From: Podarcis pityusensis
Taxonomy: Eukaryota
Reading direction: 5' to 3' (one strand)
Assembly: GCA_964106645.2 (NCBI GenBank)
Contig: OZ067045.1
Length of the DNA stretch: 64,000 nt
Shown: one piece after another, positions 25,654 through 39,079 of the stretch
Layout: each line of letters begins with the position of its first letter
How positions within the stretch are numbered: position 1 is the first letter of the stretch
Position numbers and translations under genes: made by a program
The notes under the pieces: model-generated
What the model was told of the DNA's origin: nothing
Seen by the model: only the letters and a program-made list of their open reading frames with translations
The model's database searches: none

Positions 25654-25773
25654 CAGGAAGCAATGATGGAACTGAGGGAGTCGAGCACTTCGGAGGCGGT
25701 CAGGCGCTGCTGAGGGTCCAAGACGAGCAGCTTTCGGATCAAGCACACAGTGTTTTCCGACACCCGCCCATCT
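25654..25773 (-). CDS. STK40: STK40 exon 9
   Basis: 120 nt, DGRVSENTVCLIRKLLVLDPQQRLTASEVLDSLSSIIAS(W). Confidence 0.96.
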
Positions 25774-25873
25774 CTGTTAGGAAAGAGCAAGAGTGAGGGG
25801 CAGTGGAGCTACCAAACCAGAGACACCAAGGCCCAGAACCCCGTGGCCAGGCATGCCCCCGACCCCTTCTTAC

Positions 25874-26018
25874 TCAGGGATGGTGTATTCAGCAGCCTTG
25901 ATCTTGCGGAAGAGCTCCTGGGGGATGCTGTCGTAGAAGGGGAACTGCCCGTACAGCATGGTGAAGAGGACCACACCCAGGGCCCACATGTCGCTGGGCT
26001 TCCCACGATACGGCCGGC
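25874..26018 (-). CDS. STK40: STK40 exon 8
   Basis: 145 nt, RPYRGKPSDMWALGVVLFTMLYGQFPFYDSIPQELFRKIKAAEYTIP(E). Confidence 0.97.
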
Positions 26019-26261
26019 CTGCAAACAGAGAGAGACAGCCCTGGAGAGTTAGCAGGGCCCATCCAGGAGGAGGAGGAAGAGGAAGACAAAGGAGAGGCGC
26101 TAAGCAACCAGCCTGTGGGGTGGTCTCATGTTCCCGTCTTGGGCCCAACATTGGAGGGGCTCAGTGCCACGTCACATGCCTGTGATGTCATGCATGCAAA
26201 GCAGGGAGGAGGCCCTTTTGGGTGAAAGGTCTGGGGGCTGCCATGGGATGTTGCTGCCTAC

Positions 26262-26377
26262 CACTGAGGACGTCAGGGCTGATGTAAGCGGGGCTCCCAC
26301 GCTGGTCCTTCAGGAGGTCATCTTCACTCACCAAGTGCTTCCCCAGGCAGAAGTTTGTGATGGTGATTCGGTGGGTC
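26262..26377 (-). CDS. STK40: STK40 exon 7 (NFC in place of DFG)
   Basis: 116 nt, THRITITNFCLGKHLVSEDDLLKDQRGSPAYISPDVLS(G). Confidence 0.96.
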
Positions 26378-28764
26378 CTGGAGGGGAGAAAAAGTTAGTG
26401 GCCGGGTAACGGGGGGTGGGAGTGAGGGGTGTTGGAGTGGTATGAATGACCGGGGTGTCAACAAAGACACTGAAGGCCGCTCTGAGGTATAATGCCAAGC
26501 AGCTAACAAAAGTGGATGGACCAGATGGGGCTTTTGGGAGTTTGGTATGACATACACATCAGAATTATTCAGAGCCACTGTGGTGCAGCAGATTAGCTGG
26601 GAAGACACAAATTCAAACCCTCCCTTCAGCTGCAAAGCTCTCTGGGTGACCTAAGACCAGTGAGTAACTCCCAGTCTAGCCTACCTCATGCGGTAGTTGG
26701 CAAGGGCATGTGGGTGTATGGATGCAAGACCACGTACATTGGCCTGAGCAACTTGGAGATGCACTGTATAAATATGTCGCTGCCTATTTATCTAAATTTG
26801 TGAACTCAGGTTCAGCTTTAACTTTGATGTTCAGAGTGTGAAGAATCGTCCTCAAAACCCTGATTCAGCCTTCACCAACTTGATGCCCTCCAGACGTTTT
26901 GGACTAAAACACCCTTCAGTCCTCCACAAATGCGGAGAGCACTAAGATGGCAAAAGTTTCATTAACCCCCTGGGAGTTGGGGGTCTGGCACTCCCCTGAA
27001 AGGTTTTGATCATCTGTGCCAGATTTATTGACTTTCACTCAAGAAATATGAGCAGACTTTTGACAAGTTGGGAGTGGGAGGGACGGACGATGGAGCAAGA
27101 GGCCTGAGTGCACAAGAATCAGCAGGCCTGGATGTTCTTTGGCTAAATTAACTGAGACTTTTTTAAAAGAAAGAAAGAAGTCAGCATTCCAAACAGCCAG
27201 CTCCTGATGACTCTCCTGTGAGCGAGGGGTGGAGGATGGCCTCAGCTCATAAACATCCGCCATGTCCTCCTGGCAGACGACAATGTTTTCTTGGCAATGA
27301 AGCCATCAGGAGATCAGCATCCAAGGTGCTTCAGCTGTGAAATGTATGAATGGCTGTTTTCAGGCAGCCAAAAACTGACCTCATCCCACAGGGGATCAGG
27401 AAGGAGCAATAAATGGCACCACTTGCCTCACTGTGATCCTGGATGAGCGAGGGCCATCCAAAGGGCATTTCTGCACTACCAGGCCGTTGCTCAACAGATA
27501 TTTGCCTGCTTCACACCTCTCACTCCACAAGGCCATTTGATGCGCTTTCAATGCAGCGGTAGCAACAGAAACAAGAACATGCCTGCAAGAACATGGCCTT
27601 GTGGCCACCTTGAATGCAAAACACTGCTGGATCCCTGGGATAAGGCCTACTCAGGAAGGGTTCATTCTTGGTAAAAGAGCCAAAGTCAATGAAAGGCACT
27701 CTGAGCCACGGATATCACTTCAGACAATCAACTGCAGGGCTGGAACTCAGAGAACCTTCCAGGTGCGAACCAGATCCTTTTTCAGGGTCATTCATCCCCA
27801 ACTCCCTAGAACACCTTTCCCCATCCTGGTACTCTCCAAAACTTTAGGACTTTAATTCCAATCAGCCCCACTCAATGGCCAACATTAAAGGGTTATGAGA
27901 GATGCAGTCCCAAACACCTGAAAGGCACTAGGGTTGGGAACGGCTGCTCTAGAAAACTGTTGCATTTCATTTTTAGGAGTCTAAGAGCGGCCCTAGTGGG
28001 TGATACCAGAAAGTTCATCTATCCCAGTATCCTTTTTCCAAATGCAGCAGCTAAGTATCTCCAAGAAGCTCACAAGCCAGACATGAAGCCACATGTATGT
28101 CTTGTATGTTTCAGAACAGATATAACTTGTGCTTGTGGGTGGCAGAGGCTTGAACAGGCAAAGTCTTGCCAGAAACGTGAGTCACATTATGCGGAGCATG
28201 TGAGTGTGTGCAAGCAATGGATACAAAACCTACTGATGTGACATAGCATCTTGTTTAAAGGGGTGCATGGAGCTGTCAGCGGCATTCCTCACTGTGATGC
28301 TGAGTTGTCTGGGAGCAAAGGAAGGGAGAGGGCAGTGGCAGCTACTGGAAGTTGCACTCTGATGATAAAACTAGTTGGCCTCGTCTCACTTGAGGCTCTT
28401 ATGAGGTCAACCCTGAACTGGTGCACAAATGACAAGGCTGCAACACATGTTCCTGCATCAGATGTCTAGGGGGATGAGACTGACATGGCCTCCCTCCTCC
28501 AGTTTCATTCTCCTGTGACCTCGCTAAACTCCTAAGGAAGGCCAAAGTGCTTTCTCCAGGGAAAAACAAGCAAACAAGACACCGCCTTCTAAGGTTGCTG
28601 TTTGATTTGTGAGTGGATGCACAGACTGAAAAGCAGGAGCTTTCTTGGCAGGTGTTTCCCAGCACACACAGGAGCTTAACTTTCTTTGGCGTGCCACCTC
28701 AATCCGCAGAAATCCCACCAGCTGCAAATAATGTTCCAGAGTGAAAGTTGCAAAAGGGGCTCAC

Positions 28765-28817
28765 CTTTTGTTCAGCACCATGTTCCCCAACTTCAAGTCT
28801 CTGTGCACAATGTTCTT
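28765..28817 (-). CDS. STK40: STK40 exon 6 (HRD catalytic loop)
   Basis: 53 nt, KNIVHRDLKLGNMVLNK(R); acceptor tttctag, donor GTGAGC. Confidence 0.96.
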
Positions 28818-28848
28818 CTAGAAAGACAAGAGGGAATTTATACTATTA

Positions 28849-29060
28849 TAGTGGTACCTCGGGTTACTAACACTTCGGGTTACAGACTCTGCTAACCTGG
28901 AAGTAGTACCTCGGGTTAAGAACTTTACCTCAGGATGGGAACAGAAATCGCGCAGCAGTGGTGCGGTGGTGGCAGTGGGAGGCCCCATTAGCTAAAGTGG
29001 TACCTCAGGTTAAGAATGGATCTCTCGAACGAATTAAGTTCATAAGCAGAGGTACCACTG
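28849..29060. mobile_element. Tigger-like MITE with TA TSD
   Basis: TIRs (T/C)AGTGGTACCTC...GAGGTACCACTG flanked by TA; same family as 39640-39865. Confidence 0.88.
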
Positions 29061-29384
29061 TAGAATAAAGTAGATTATTTGGTAAGATAAGAAACTTAAA
29101 TGCTTAATTCAATCCCCCCAACCCTAAAGTTGTGCTTGCAGAAAATGGAGTGGATCAAGATCCCTTGTTCATTTCACCTGGCCATTTATGACCTGAAGAC
29201 TTTTGCACCAACTAAGTTGGATATAAGAAGATGCTTTGCACAAAACTCTTTCTAGCTCAGCATCGTCAGACGCCATGCCCCCCACCAAAGCACCAAGCCT
29301 CCCTCACAGTCATGTGGCTGCCAAAACCCCACAAGGGCCCCACATCTTCCTCACAGCTCCCTGAGACAAGCAGAGACACCCTAC

Positions 29385-29612
29385 CTTGTGCAAGGCTTCC
29401 ACTACCCGCACAACGTCGTAGAAAATCACGACGGTCTCCCGTTCGCTGAGGCGCTTCTCCTTGATGACATAGTGCTGCAGGTTGATGAGGTCGGCTGTCT
29501 TGTCGCTGAAGTCATGGGCACAGAGGCAGTCCAGCACCAGACAGATGCGCTTCTTCATCTTACGCACCATCCGGTTGGATTCCAGGTCTTCCACATGCTC
29601 ACAGGCTCGGTC
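29385..29612 (-). CDS. STK40: STK40 exon 5
   Basis: 228 nt, DRACEHVEDLESNRMVRKMKKRICLVLDCLCAHDFSDKTADLINLQHYVIKEKRLSERETVVIFYDVVRVVEALHK. Confidence 0.97.
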
Positions 29613-30765
29613 CTGCAGCCCCAACAAGGATGGAGGAAGGTGTCATTTTAATCTGGGAGAGATGGTGCCAAACTGGCCTTTCCATCCATCAGTGGCTGAC
29701 CCCCATACTTGCTGCTTGTGTGGCTCCCAAAAGTCAAAACCCCTATCTAGGCCACCACTCCTTGGCACGAGAGGTCACAGCCAACCCCAAACTCTACACC
29801 TGCATGATCACAGACATGAAATAAAGAGCCCAGTTATGGTTTTGGGGTTGGAGGAAACTAAGGTATACTCAGAGTTGACCCCCTGAAATTAATGGGCCTA
29901 AGTCAGTCATGTCGATTAACTTCAATGGGTATATTCCAAGTATGACTAATACTGATGCTACCCTTCTATTTCAAAAGTCTCCTTTCCAAAAAGGTCTCTT
30001 TCCACCAGCACAACAGCAGCATGTGTGGCAGGTCTGGCCCATTCACCTTCTCCAGTCATGTGCTGAATTTACATGGATGGATGTGTGTGTTTGGTGGGGG
30101 GCCTGAGAAAAGGCCTTATTGCTGGAAGTGTGCTGGAATTCCTCCCACTAATGTGCCACAGACTCAAAAGGCTGAATTGCTAAATGTTCCACGGAAGAGC
30201 TTCCTAAACACTTCAGTTTGGGTCACCCGCAGTCTGTATTATGAACTGCAATTTCTTACCTTCACCATAAAGTCCAAGGGTGGGTTACAACCATGTAAAA
30301 ATATTAAAACCGGGTAAAACAAGTTACAGTCAGAAGAACTTGAAGACTGTAGCAAAGCCTGAACAGAGTGATATTTCATTGTTGCAATATGATTGCAAAA
30401 CATGGAGTCACTGTGGCACTGGCAGCCTCAGCAAGCAGCTTTAAAATATATTTGATCTGATCTGATTTGATACTCTATTCCACTTTTCAGATAACAGATG
30501 CTGAGCTCAAAGCAGCTCATAATAATCATAATAGCATTTGGGGGGGTGGATCATGTTGCAAACACTATAATATCAATAGAGTGACATATAAGTGAAGCAA
30601 ATATGGGGGCAATCACGGTCACAAGAGTGGCTGGATAGGTGTGCAGTGTCTTTTGAGGAACATAGGCCCCACATCTCTCTAAAGGGCAAAAGCTGATAGA
30701 AAATGCAACCGGTTGGGCTGGGCAGGGATACAGAACTCCAGTGTGCCCAGGATGGCTGTGCTTAC

Positions 30766-30909
30766 CTGGAAAAGGCCATGGTGGTGGACCACCCCGTCCT
30801 GGTTGTGCAGGAGGGAGAGAAGCGAGTACTCTGTGTGGAGTAGCATCTTGCCCTGGCGCTCCTCCTGGGTTTCCGTGCCTTTGTCATTCCTATCCTCCAA
30901 GGTAAGGAT
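30766..30909 (-). CDS. STK40: STK40 exon 4
   Basis: 144 nt, ILTLEDRNDKGTETQEERQGKMLLHTEYSLLSLLHNQDGVVHHHGLFQ; acceptor cccaaag, donor GTAAGC. Confidence 0.96.
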
Positions 30910-31226
30910 CTTTGGGGAAAGCAGGCAAAGAAAAGAAAACACACACACACACATATATTGCATTTCTTTCTTGAAAGTCAACAAGCTCCAACATCAAACT
31001 CTGTGCTTGGAATATTTACAGCTGGACCAAGGAAACCCTGGTGCCCGACCTTTGGGGACTTGAGCAGAGCTGCAGCACCCTGGCAGCACTTTGTGCTGTG
31101 GTGTCAGCGGTTTAAAGGCTGACCATCACAGAAGGAACAAGGCCACAGACTGCAGCAGCTGCCGATGCTTGCGCAACCTGGCCAGCTCTTCTCCAGAAAA
31201 AAGGATTCCACCTGCTTGGTGTTTAC

Positions 31227-31312
31227 CTTGAGCTGGTAAAAGTCATCTGTCCCATCCTTCCTTGCCAAACACTGGACGATGCTCGGCACTGGGGAGTTGC
31301 CCAAGCGAGGCC
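31227..31312 (-). CDS. STK40: STK40 exon 3
   Basis: 86 nt, (G)PRLGNSPVPSIVQCLARKDGTDDFYQLK, AG/GT boundaries. Confidence 0.96.
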
Positions 31313-31739
31313 CTGAGAAGGCAAAAGCAGAACAATGGACTTTGCTTCTTCTGACTCATCACCTACACTGCTCACTGCTGGCAGTTCAGCTGCCGACCCT
31401 GATTATCAGGAAGTTCCCTTTCCCTGCCCGAAATGGATTACATGTCTTTCCGTAAGTCACACAGAGCTTCAGAGCATGGAGGCCCAAATGCTTTGCAGCC
31501 CCAAGTGAGGGTTGATGAAGAGAAACAGAAAACAGCGGCCACATAAATGATGTTTGTGTGACTGCTGTTTAGGAAGTATGGGATACAGTTTTTTTTAATT
31601 AAAAAAAAAAGTCCAGGATTATCTTTACTGTCTCCCTTTGTGTTAGTGAAGTGAGTGGAACAGATATATGCTTGAAAAATTAGGAAACCGCTCTTTTGGC
31701 TCCAATATTTACATCTCAACAGTTGTACAGTGTATTTCT

Positions 31740-32480
31740 AAAAATAGTTAGTAAGAGTTTGAAGTACTGTCATACTAATCCAGTAGTTCAAATAATCTGG
31801 TGTCAAAAATTCATGGTAAGAAGTAAAAAAAATGTACAGTATATGATTAAAATTTGCATGGTACTTGTAATAGCTTTTAAGAAGCCTAGGGAGAAATGAA
31901 TGGCTCAGATATATCATATCAGATATGGCACTTTATATTTGCAAGAGATCCACCTCAAACCATCTGTTGGAAAAGGAGAGAATCATTAAACTATGTAAGT
32001 GGTATCTGACCCCAGACAGGCAGTTTAGAATATTTAAAAAGCCACAGATCATGGCTGGTGCTGTACTCAAAATATGGCTAATTTCTACCACAGATGGTGA
32101 GCTTGCTTGTAAATTAAATCCTTTTCCAAAACAAGCTAACTACACATTATGCCTAACATGAGGTTACACAATGCCACTAGATCCTCTCTTGAGGTCAGTA
32201 GGTTATGTGAATGACACAGTAAAGAAAGAAAATTAGGGGCTAGTGTGAAAACTATTGTCAGCTGCAAAAATGGTGATTACAGAAAAGCAGAGAGTCAATC
32301 GTTTTTGTCACATCAACAAAAATGTGATTGCTCGAGATTTGGACTATTGTGGAAATTGCCAAGATTACCGAGAACATTCAGTTAAGAGATGGCAGGCTGG
32401 GGGACAGACGGACAAAGTTTTCATCACCACTGAACATTATTTCTAAACTTTATGAGGAACAGATATGGATTAGATATTAA
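31740..32480 (+). mobile_element. L1/Tx1-type LINE ORF2 3' fragment
   Basis: KWYLTPDRQFRIFK..WCC..ANFYHRW*AC (degenerate zinc knuckle), then SAAKMVITEK and EIWTIVEIAKITE. Confidence 0.7.
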
Positions 32481-33563
32481 CTGCTATAATCCATTCAAAC
32501 TAATTTAAGTGATTACGGTTAATGACTGCATTTATAATCCTGGACCATACTGCAGCTTATTATATTAGCATTATAGTGGGTTTAAGTGTATTTGGTGCTA
32601 TTGACTGGTATTTTAGTATGTACCAACCTGAAATTAATCTGAATAAGGAAATATAAAGACGGAATGGTATCAGGTAACTTAGAACTAAATTACTATTCTT
32701 CTTGATTGCACATCTAAACAGAGATAAAGCATACCTACATTTTAATAGCATTTTAGGTCTTTTTAAGGAGATACAAGAAAGGACACCTCCTCCAGAATTG
32801 GATCACGGCAGAAACGTCACACATGCCAGAAGAGCCTGGCTGTTTTTTACTTTTGGCGCAAGCCCTCCTGCTGCTCAGTGGTTGCCAGCCATCTAGTCTA
32901 AACCATCACAGGACCTTTGGAGGCTGCACTTGGGCTATATCACAAGGAAACAAGGTGGCCAGGATTGGGCACTGGACACAGCAAACCACCAAAAGGAGAA
33001 AGGTAGTGCTCTAAGTCAGGGCCAGATCTGTGGAGCAGTGCTTGAATGACGACAGCCGAGTCTCTGCTGCTTACCAGGAGGGAGAGTGGGAGGGGCAAGG
33101 AGGTCGCCAGGAGCAGAGACAATACAGCATCCCTGCCGGTGTGTTTGCACAGCACTGACCTCCCCACCACCTCACCCCTCCTACTTTCCCAGTAAGCAGC
33201 AGTGACTTAGCTGTAAGGTGAGCAACACTGTGTGCTACTGAGGAGCACCAATGTGGTACAAGGGACAGAGCTCTCCTTCAGAACCTTACCTATTCCCCCT
33301 TTCCCCAAATTTAGGAAAAAAAACAAGCTCCTAAGCCACCTGGCTGTGAAAATAAGCTTGAATATGGAGGGATCTCAGATGCCAGAGGGGTGGGCAGAAT
33401 ATGACCATGTTGCCAGAGAATTAATTGTGCCCAATGCACTATGCTCTATGCACATTTGATTAACATGCATTCTGCATGCCAGCTGCAGTGTAAGCACAGG
33501 GTAGGTTGCAGCCTGCCTTTGCCAGGTGCAATGCAGCAGATCACAGGCTCTGTTCCTGCTTAC

Positions 33564-33669
33564 CGAGAATGAAAGGTCCTGCCCGCTTGGTGTTGCTGCT
33601 GGAAATTCCCGGGCAGAAAGCCTTGGTGGACGTTTCCCCGCCCCCTCTGTCGGACACTCGCTGGTTCAT
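33564..33669 (-). CDS. STK40: STK40 coding exon 1 (gene exon 2, which starts at 33677)
   Basis: ccccag|AACTCAGA ATG; MNQRVSDRGGGETSTKAFCPGISSSNTKRAGPFIL(G); donor G|GTAAGC; 106 coding nt. Confidence 0.93.
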
Positions 33670-36600
33670 TCTGAGTTCTGGGGAAAGAGAGCAGACACTT
33701 ATTGTGAGGCCCTGAGGGAGCCCCCTGACCTTCAAGTCTTTCCCTCTGTAATGCTCCTACATATCCTAGGCTACCTTGAGAGAGAGAGAGAGAAAGTAGT
33801 ATTGCATGATCTCCAAACTCAGGATCCACAAAACATAGCTGACTTCCCATAGTAAGCATAAGGTTGGCATGTCTCTCTAATTTTGTGTTATGTGCCTCCC
33901 TGCCAACAGCTATTTTCTGAATGGCACCTACAGTACTCACTCAAAATTCAAAATGGTTCTAAAACAGTGACCCCAGCTCTAGGAGCGAAGGTGATTCCTC
34001 GAGCAGTGTTAGAAACTCAGATATATAAGCTAGGCGCCAAATGGCTCCTTAAACCAAGGTTATAGTCGCCAAAATGGAATGTCTAGTTGCCGTTTTGGGG
34101 TAAAATGTCTTAATTTTCAAACAATGGACTGACTGCGATTGATTCTCATTTAAACATCTGGCTAGTTCAGATGACAACCTTGAGCTAGGTTAAGAACTTT
34201 GAGAACTTAAAGAAGAAAAGCCACTTGATCCAGAGACAGTCCATGTATATACTGGCTTATTCCAACCTTTTTCTTAATAGTGACTGCTCCTGATCAAGCT
34301 GCACAGAAAAAGCATTTTGGTTCCAGAAATTCATTCTAATTGTGCCTATAAAAAATAAGTGGTAGAATTCTACAGGATGGGGTATTAGTGTGTGAAAACA
34401 GTCCAGATACAATGATCCCCAGATGATGGAGATGTCAGGCACCATCCTGGCATCTTCACTTGGTCGCAAGTGCTCCATAGCCGGGTGCAAAGTGCGACTG
34501 GTGCCTGGCTAATTCTGAACACTGTCCTCAAGTCAATAAATGCAACTCTCTCCCGCTTTATTCCATCCCTGCCAGGGACAGCCCCTGGGAAAAGATGGCT
34601 GTGCAACCCTCTTAATCCCTTGTGCCTTTGCCATGCACTCACAGCCACCAGATACTGCCCACCCTGGGCAAAGGTCGCAGATGAAACATAGAGGCAAACC
34701 AAAGGCTAAGAGAAATTAACTGTGTGCCTGCCCAATGCCCAGGATCAGACACCAGACTGGCCTCAAGTGATCCACAGATAAAACAAGCTCAGCTGCAGCA
34801 GCTGTCCCAGCCTTGTTATGTAGGACTGTTGCTTTGTCAATCACAGCCAAAATCCAAGCACATTTACACTTTTCATACAAGAACAGAAAAGCACCAATAA
34901 TGTGAACACCGCCTCTAAGGTTGAGTCAAATAGGATGAGATGTAAAAAGGCCCAGGTGCTCCCGTTATGAACCGGCAGTGGCCACAAACTGAAGGGGTGG
35001 CAGTGAAGCTGCCCACGTTGCAGCTTCTGGAGCCAAGAGCCTAAGGAATGGTGGCTGAATTGAAAGCACATTCACCTTCCTTAAGGGGCATCACCCTACA
35101 CACATCCAGGAAAATAGGGCTGAGGGTGGCCTTTGGAAACACAAGAGGGATTTCAAATTGGGGACTGTGAGCCTGCTCAGCCCCCGGCGCACAAGACCAC
35201 CCACCCAAGGCTGAAGCAACTGAGCATAATGTGACACGATGGGGAAATACGAGAGAGGTTCCCACGCTGCTGAAGTTGATAGGCATGCAGAGGAGATGAG
35301 TCACTTTTCCCTGGAGACTCCTGGCGGGCACCATTTGTCATCAAACTTGAAATGTCAGCTGTTGCTGCAGCCTTGCCAGGACAGAGAGCCGCCCAGGTGG
35401 CAAGGGGCCAAGGGGATCTCCCAGCAGTGGCTGATGTTCTGTCAAAAGAGGAACAAAGGGAGCCCATGGGGGAATCTGGCCGGGATCTCCCTCAGGCTTC
35501 TCACCCTGTGAAAGTTCACTGATAAAACAAATACACAGAAGCTATGGTGAAACTGTGGGCTCAGCCAACCCTCCAAGAGCTGCTGTCACCTGCCTTCAGC
35601 TGATACTTGGTGGCAGAGATTATGGGAGAAGAAGATTTGTTTGTTCATGCGGAGAATAGGCAGAAGGGCACTGCCTTATTACGGTCAAAGGGGAGAATGT
35701 GGGATACCAAAAGAGCCATCCAAAATCTTACAACACATTCCCATTCGCCTCTCTGAGTTTACTTGGTACACAAGAACAGGTCTCCCTAGCCAGCTTTGCC
35801 TGCCCATCTCTTCCAGTCTGAGAATCATAAACTCAACAGCAAAGACTCCATAGAGCACCAGTCAATGCAGGAGGGCTGAGAGCAGCAACGTATGTCAGAT
35901 CACCCAAACGCAGCACAGAATTCAGCAACCTGGAAAATCTCCACTATTTTTTTTAATATAAAGGTATTTTTTGCACTCACAATAATCCATGAGGAAATCT
36001 ATGCCCAGTAAAGACATTCAAAGTTGGGGTGGGTGGGTAGAGCTAAGCAGTCACTGCTACTGCCTGGTGTTTGAGCTGCAACCATCGGCCGAGACAGAGA
36101 AAAATATATAACTGGCAGAATTTAGCCAGGTTGCAGGACACAGCTTTTCTAGGTGCCAAAATGTCGGTATTGTGATGCCAAAAGCACAAGCACGTGGCTG
36201 GGAAAGGCAGCAACACTGCAGCCTGATTCAAAGCCAGCTGTTCTCTGCACTTTGGCCCCCAGCTTTGGATCTGGCTGCCTCCGAAGAGCAAAAGTAAACA
36301 TCTGCTTCATTCCACTCTGCGTGGCCTGCAAGGAGCAGCCAGCCAAGCGCAGCGCCTTCTGTTACTGAACCATAGCCCACCCCCTGGCCGCCTCCTCTTG
36401 GCTTCCAAAATCTGCAACACAACTGGCCTGCAAGTTCTGCGCAAGGAAACCCTGTTTCAGAGATGCTGAAGATGCCGCAAAGCCCAGCTATTCAGGATGA
36501 CGGCAAAGCCACACAAGGAGAACTGTGTTTTTAGCCCTCAAAGCTCTCAGGGTGTCTGTGGTTGCTGTTAGGGAGAAGAGAGGCAGCACGGCAGATAAAG

Positions 36601-37310
36601 CACTGCAGGGAGAGAGTGAGGAGTTTAACTCCCATCCTCCTTAATCATTGGCTGAGGCTGATGTGGGCAGGAGTACAACAACAACTGGAGGTCCACAGGT
36701 TCCCCAACCCTAAACAATTCCTGGAGAAAAAAATGTGCCTAGGAATGAGGAAACAAGCCTGCAGTCCCACCCAATAAATATTGATGCGTCCTTAGAAGGA
36801 AATCTTTCCTAATAAAGTGAGGAGCATGGCAAGAGTGGTTCTTGATGACAATGCCATCTGCTGCAGGGGAAGTAAGAAAACGGATATGGGATACAGAAGA
36901 TGACCTGGTGTGGATGTAAATCTAAACCTAAACCAAAGTTTTGCATTACGAGCAGGTATTGCAGCCAGCCCCTCCCCTCCCCTGCCTTTGGTACAGAGAA
37001 GCGGCAGGGAGTTTGGCTTACTTTTTAGGTTAAGCATAGCTTGCTGGGCTGCCTGAACCCCAACAAACTGTGGTTAGCCTTAAGAAACGTCAATGGGGAA
37101 AAGGCAGCTTAAAGCCACAGTTTATGAAACTGACTTGTTTCAACTAACTATGGAGTTCAGAAGATTAAAATGGAAGTGGAAATTTCCAATATCCTTCTGG
37201 CAGCTGTAGTGGAGACACGGTGCATGCTGGTGAGTGCCCTGACATGCTAGGGATTGTGCATGGGACCGTCAGCATACAGAAGATGCACAAAGTTGAGGCA
37301 GGCTTAAAAA

Positions 37311-37343
<33 letters not shown>
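37311..37343. repeat. (TAAG)n microsatellite
   Basis: Directly visible. Other simple repeats: (CA)n near 39032-39078, (GA)n near 44319-44349, (CTTT)n near 52141-52181, (GAAT)n near 5689-5718. Confidence 0.9.
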
Positions 37344-37344
<1 letters not shown>

Positions 37345-38274
37345 TTTTTAAAAAGCTCTCTTGGATAGGCAGTGTGCCAATGTGAATCTGCCCTGAACCA
37401 GGGAACTCTATCTAACAGCCTTCACCATCCAAATGACCAAAGGTGTGCAAGTTATTTAAAAGACTTAAGCAGGCTTCACCAAGCCCACTCTGGGACTATA
37501 AAAGAGGTTGGGGCTAAGGAAAAGTTGTAGCCCAAAACATTTGGAGGGCACCAGGTGGGTGAAGGTTGGTCTTAGGTGACATCATCTGGCTTTTTGGTGC
37601 CAGCATTATGTTTATAGGCCTATTTCAGTATTAGGCTTTCTAGGCACCAGAATCAAATACCTATCATCAGGCGTCTGGAGTTTTTTCAGCCCTGAACAAA
37701 GGCTGATGCGGCTGGAAAACAGAAGAACCAGGGAATTTGGAAAACTAGAGATTAGAGCCCTACTCAGGCATTGTTTAAGCATGCAGGTTACCGCATGACA
37801 AACACAGTAGCTGTGCCCCCAGCTTGTTTTCATCACTTTCCACAAATTGAAGGGAGGCCGTCTGTAGACAGAAGCCTCTTGTCTCTGTACATTTTGGAAC
37901 ACTAGTGGAAAGCATTGAAAATGGGGGTGGGGTGGGGAGAGCTAGCACCCTCCCCACAAGCTTCTCACGTGCTAAGTTGCACGCTTAAATAGCATGTGAA
38001 CAGGGCTCAAGATGCACCATACCAATCAATTCATATAACCAGCCCAGTAGGAACCAGAAGCACAGGGGAGGGGAGGGGTAAGAGGAAAGGCAGGGCACAA
38101 ATGAGACTGGCCTTACCCAAGTACCGCCGGTGCTATACATCACACAACTACCTCTCCGGCGCTTAGGAAGCCATATCTCTTCTCTGATGCTCCAGAAATG
38201 GAGGGGACAGACTGGCAGGACCAGAAGGTCTGATTTGGATTTAAAGTTCTATCCAAGGTGACCTTGCAGAATGA

Positions 38275-38580
38275 TACAATTGTAGAGTTGGGAGAAACTC
38301 TAAGGGTCATCTAAGTCCAGCCCCCTGCAATGAAGGAATCACAGCTAAAGAATCCCTGACAGATGGCCACACAACCTCTGCTTAAAAAACTCCACCAACT
38401 TCTGTGGGAGTCTGTTCCACAGCTCTTACCATCAGAAAGTTCTTCCTGATGTTAATCGGAATCTCCTTTCTTGTAATTTGAGTCTATTGATGCGGGTCAT
38501 AACCTCTGGAGCAGCAGGAAACAAGTTTGCTCCTTCTTCCACGTGACAGCCCTTCAGATATTTGGAGATGGATATCTCCA
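38275..38580 (-). mobile_element. CR1 LINE 3' fragment
   Basis: Reverse complement of the CR1 tail and of TTCAAATATCTGAAGGGCTGTCAC seen near 15210. Confidence 0.82.
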
Positions 38581-39039
38581 TGTATGATAGGAAATCTCTG
38601 GTGAGACCTTTTCTTTACCAGCTGGGCAGGTGGAGTAGCTTGTAGATTTTGGAGTATTCATGTTCACAAGATAGGACCTGGAAGATTTCAGGGCTGTGAT
38701 GAAACTCTCTCGTTGTCACCAGTCAGGACAGACCGGTGAAGGCCTGGTTTGCTTACCACTGTGCACAGACATCTTACGAAGGATGAGTATCAAGAGGTGG
38801 AAATGACAGGGAAGAAGATTTCAGCTAAACATCAGGAGGAACGCCCTAGTGGTAATATTACCTTGGGCAGAGATAGGCACCTCTGTTGGAGTTGTTTAAG
38901 CAGATGCTGCCAGTTGTCTGCCAGGGATGCTGTATCTGCTGTAAAGGGGATTGGGCTAAGTGACCCCCTAGTCCCCTTCTAATCCTCTGCAAGAGAACCC
39001 TGAGCAGCATGCAAGAGAATATCCTCTCCACTACACACA

Positions 39040-39079
<40 letters not shown>

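Noticed and set aside
30910-30912. AAG acceptors (STK40 exon 4; also OSCP1 exon 9 at 56732-56730)
   Set aside because: Less common than YAG but still canonical GT-AG, and the frames join correctly.
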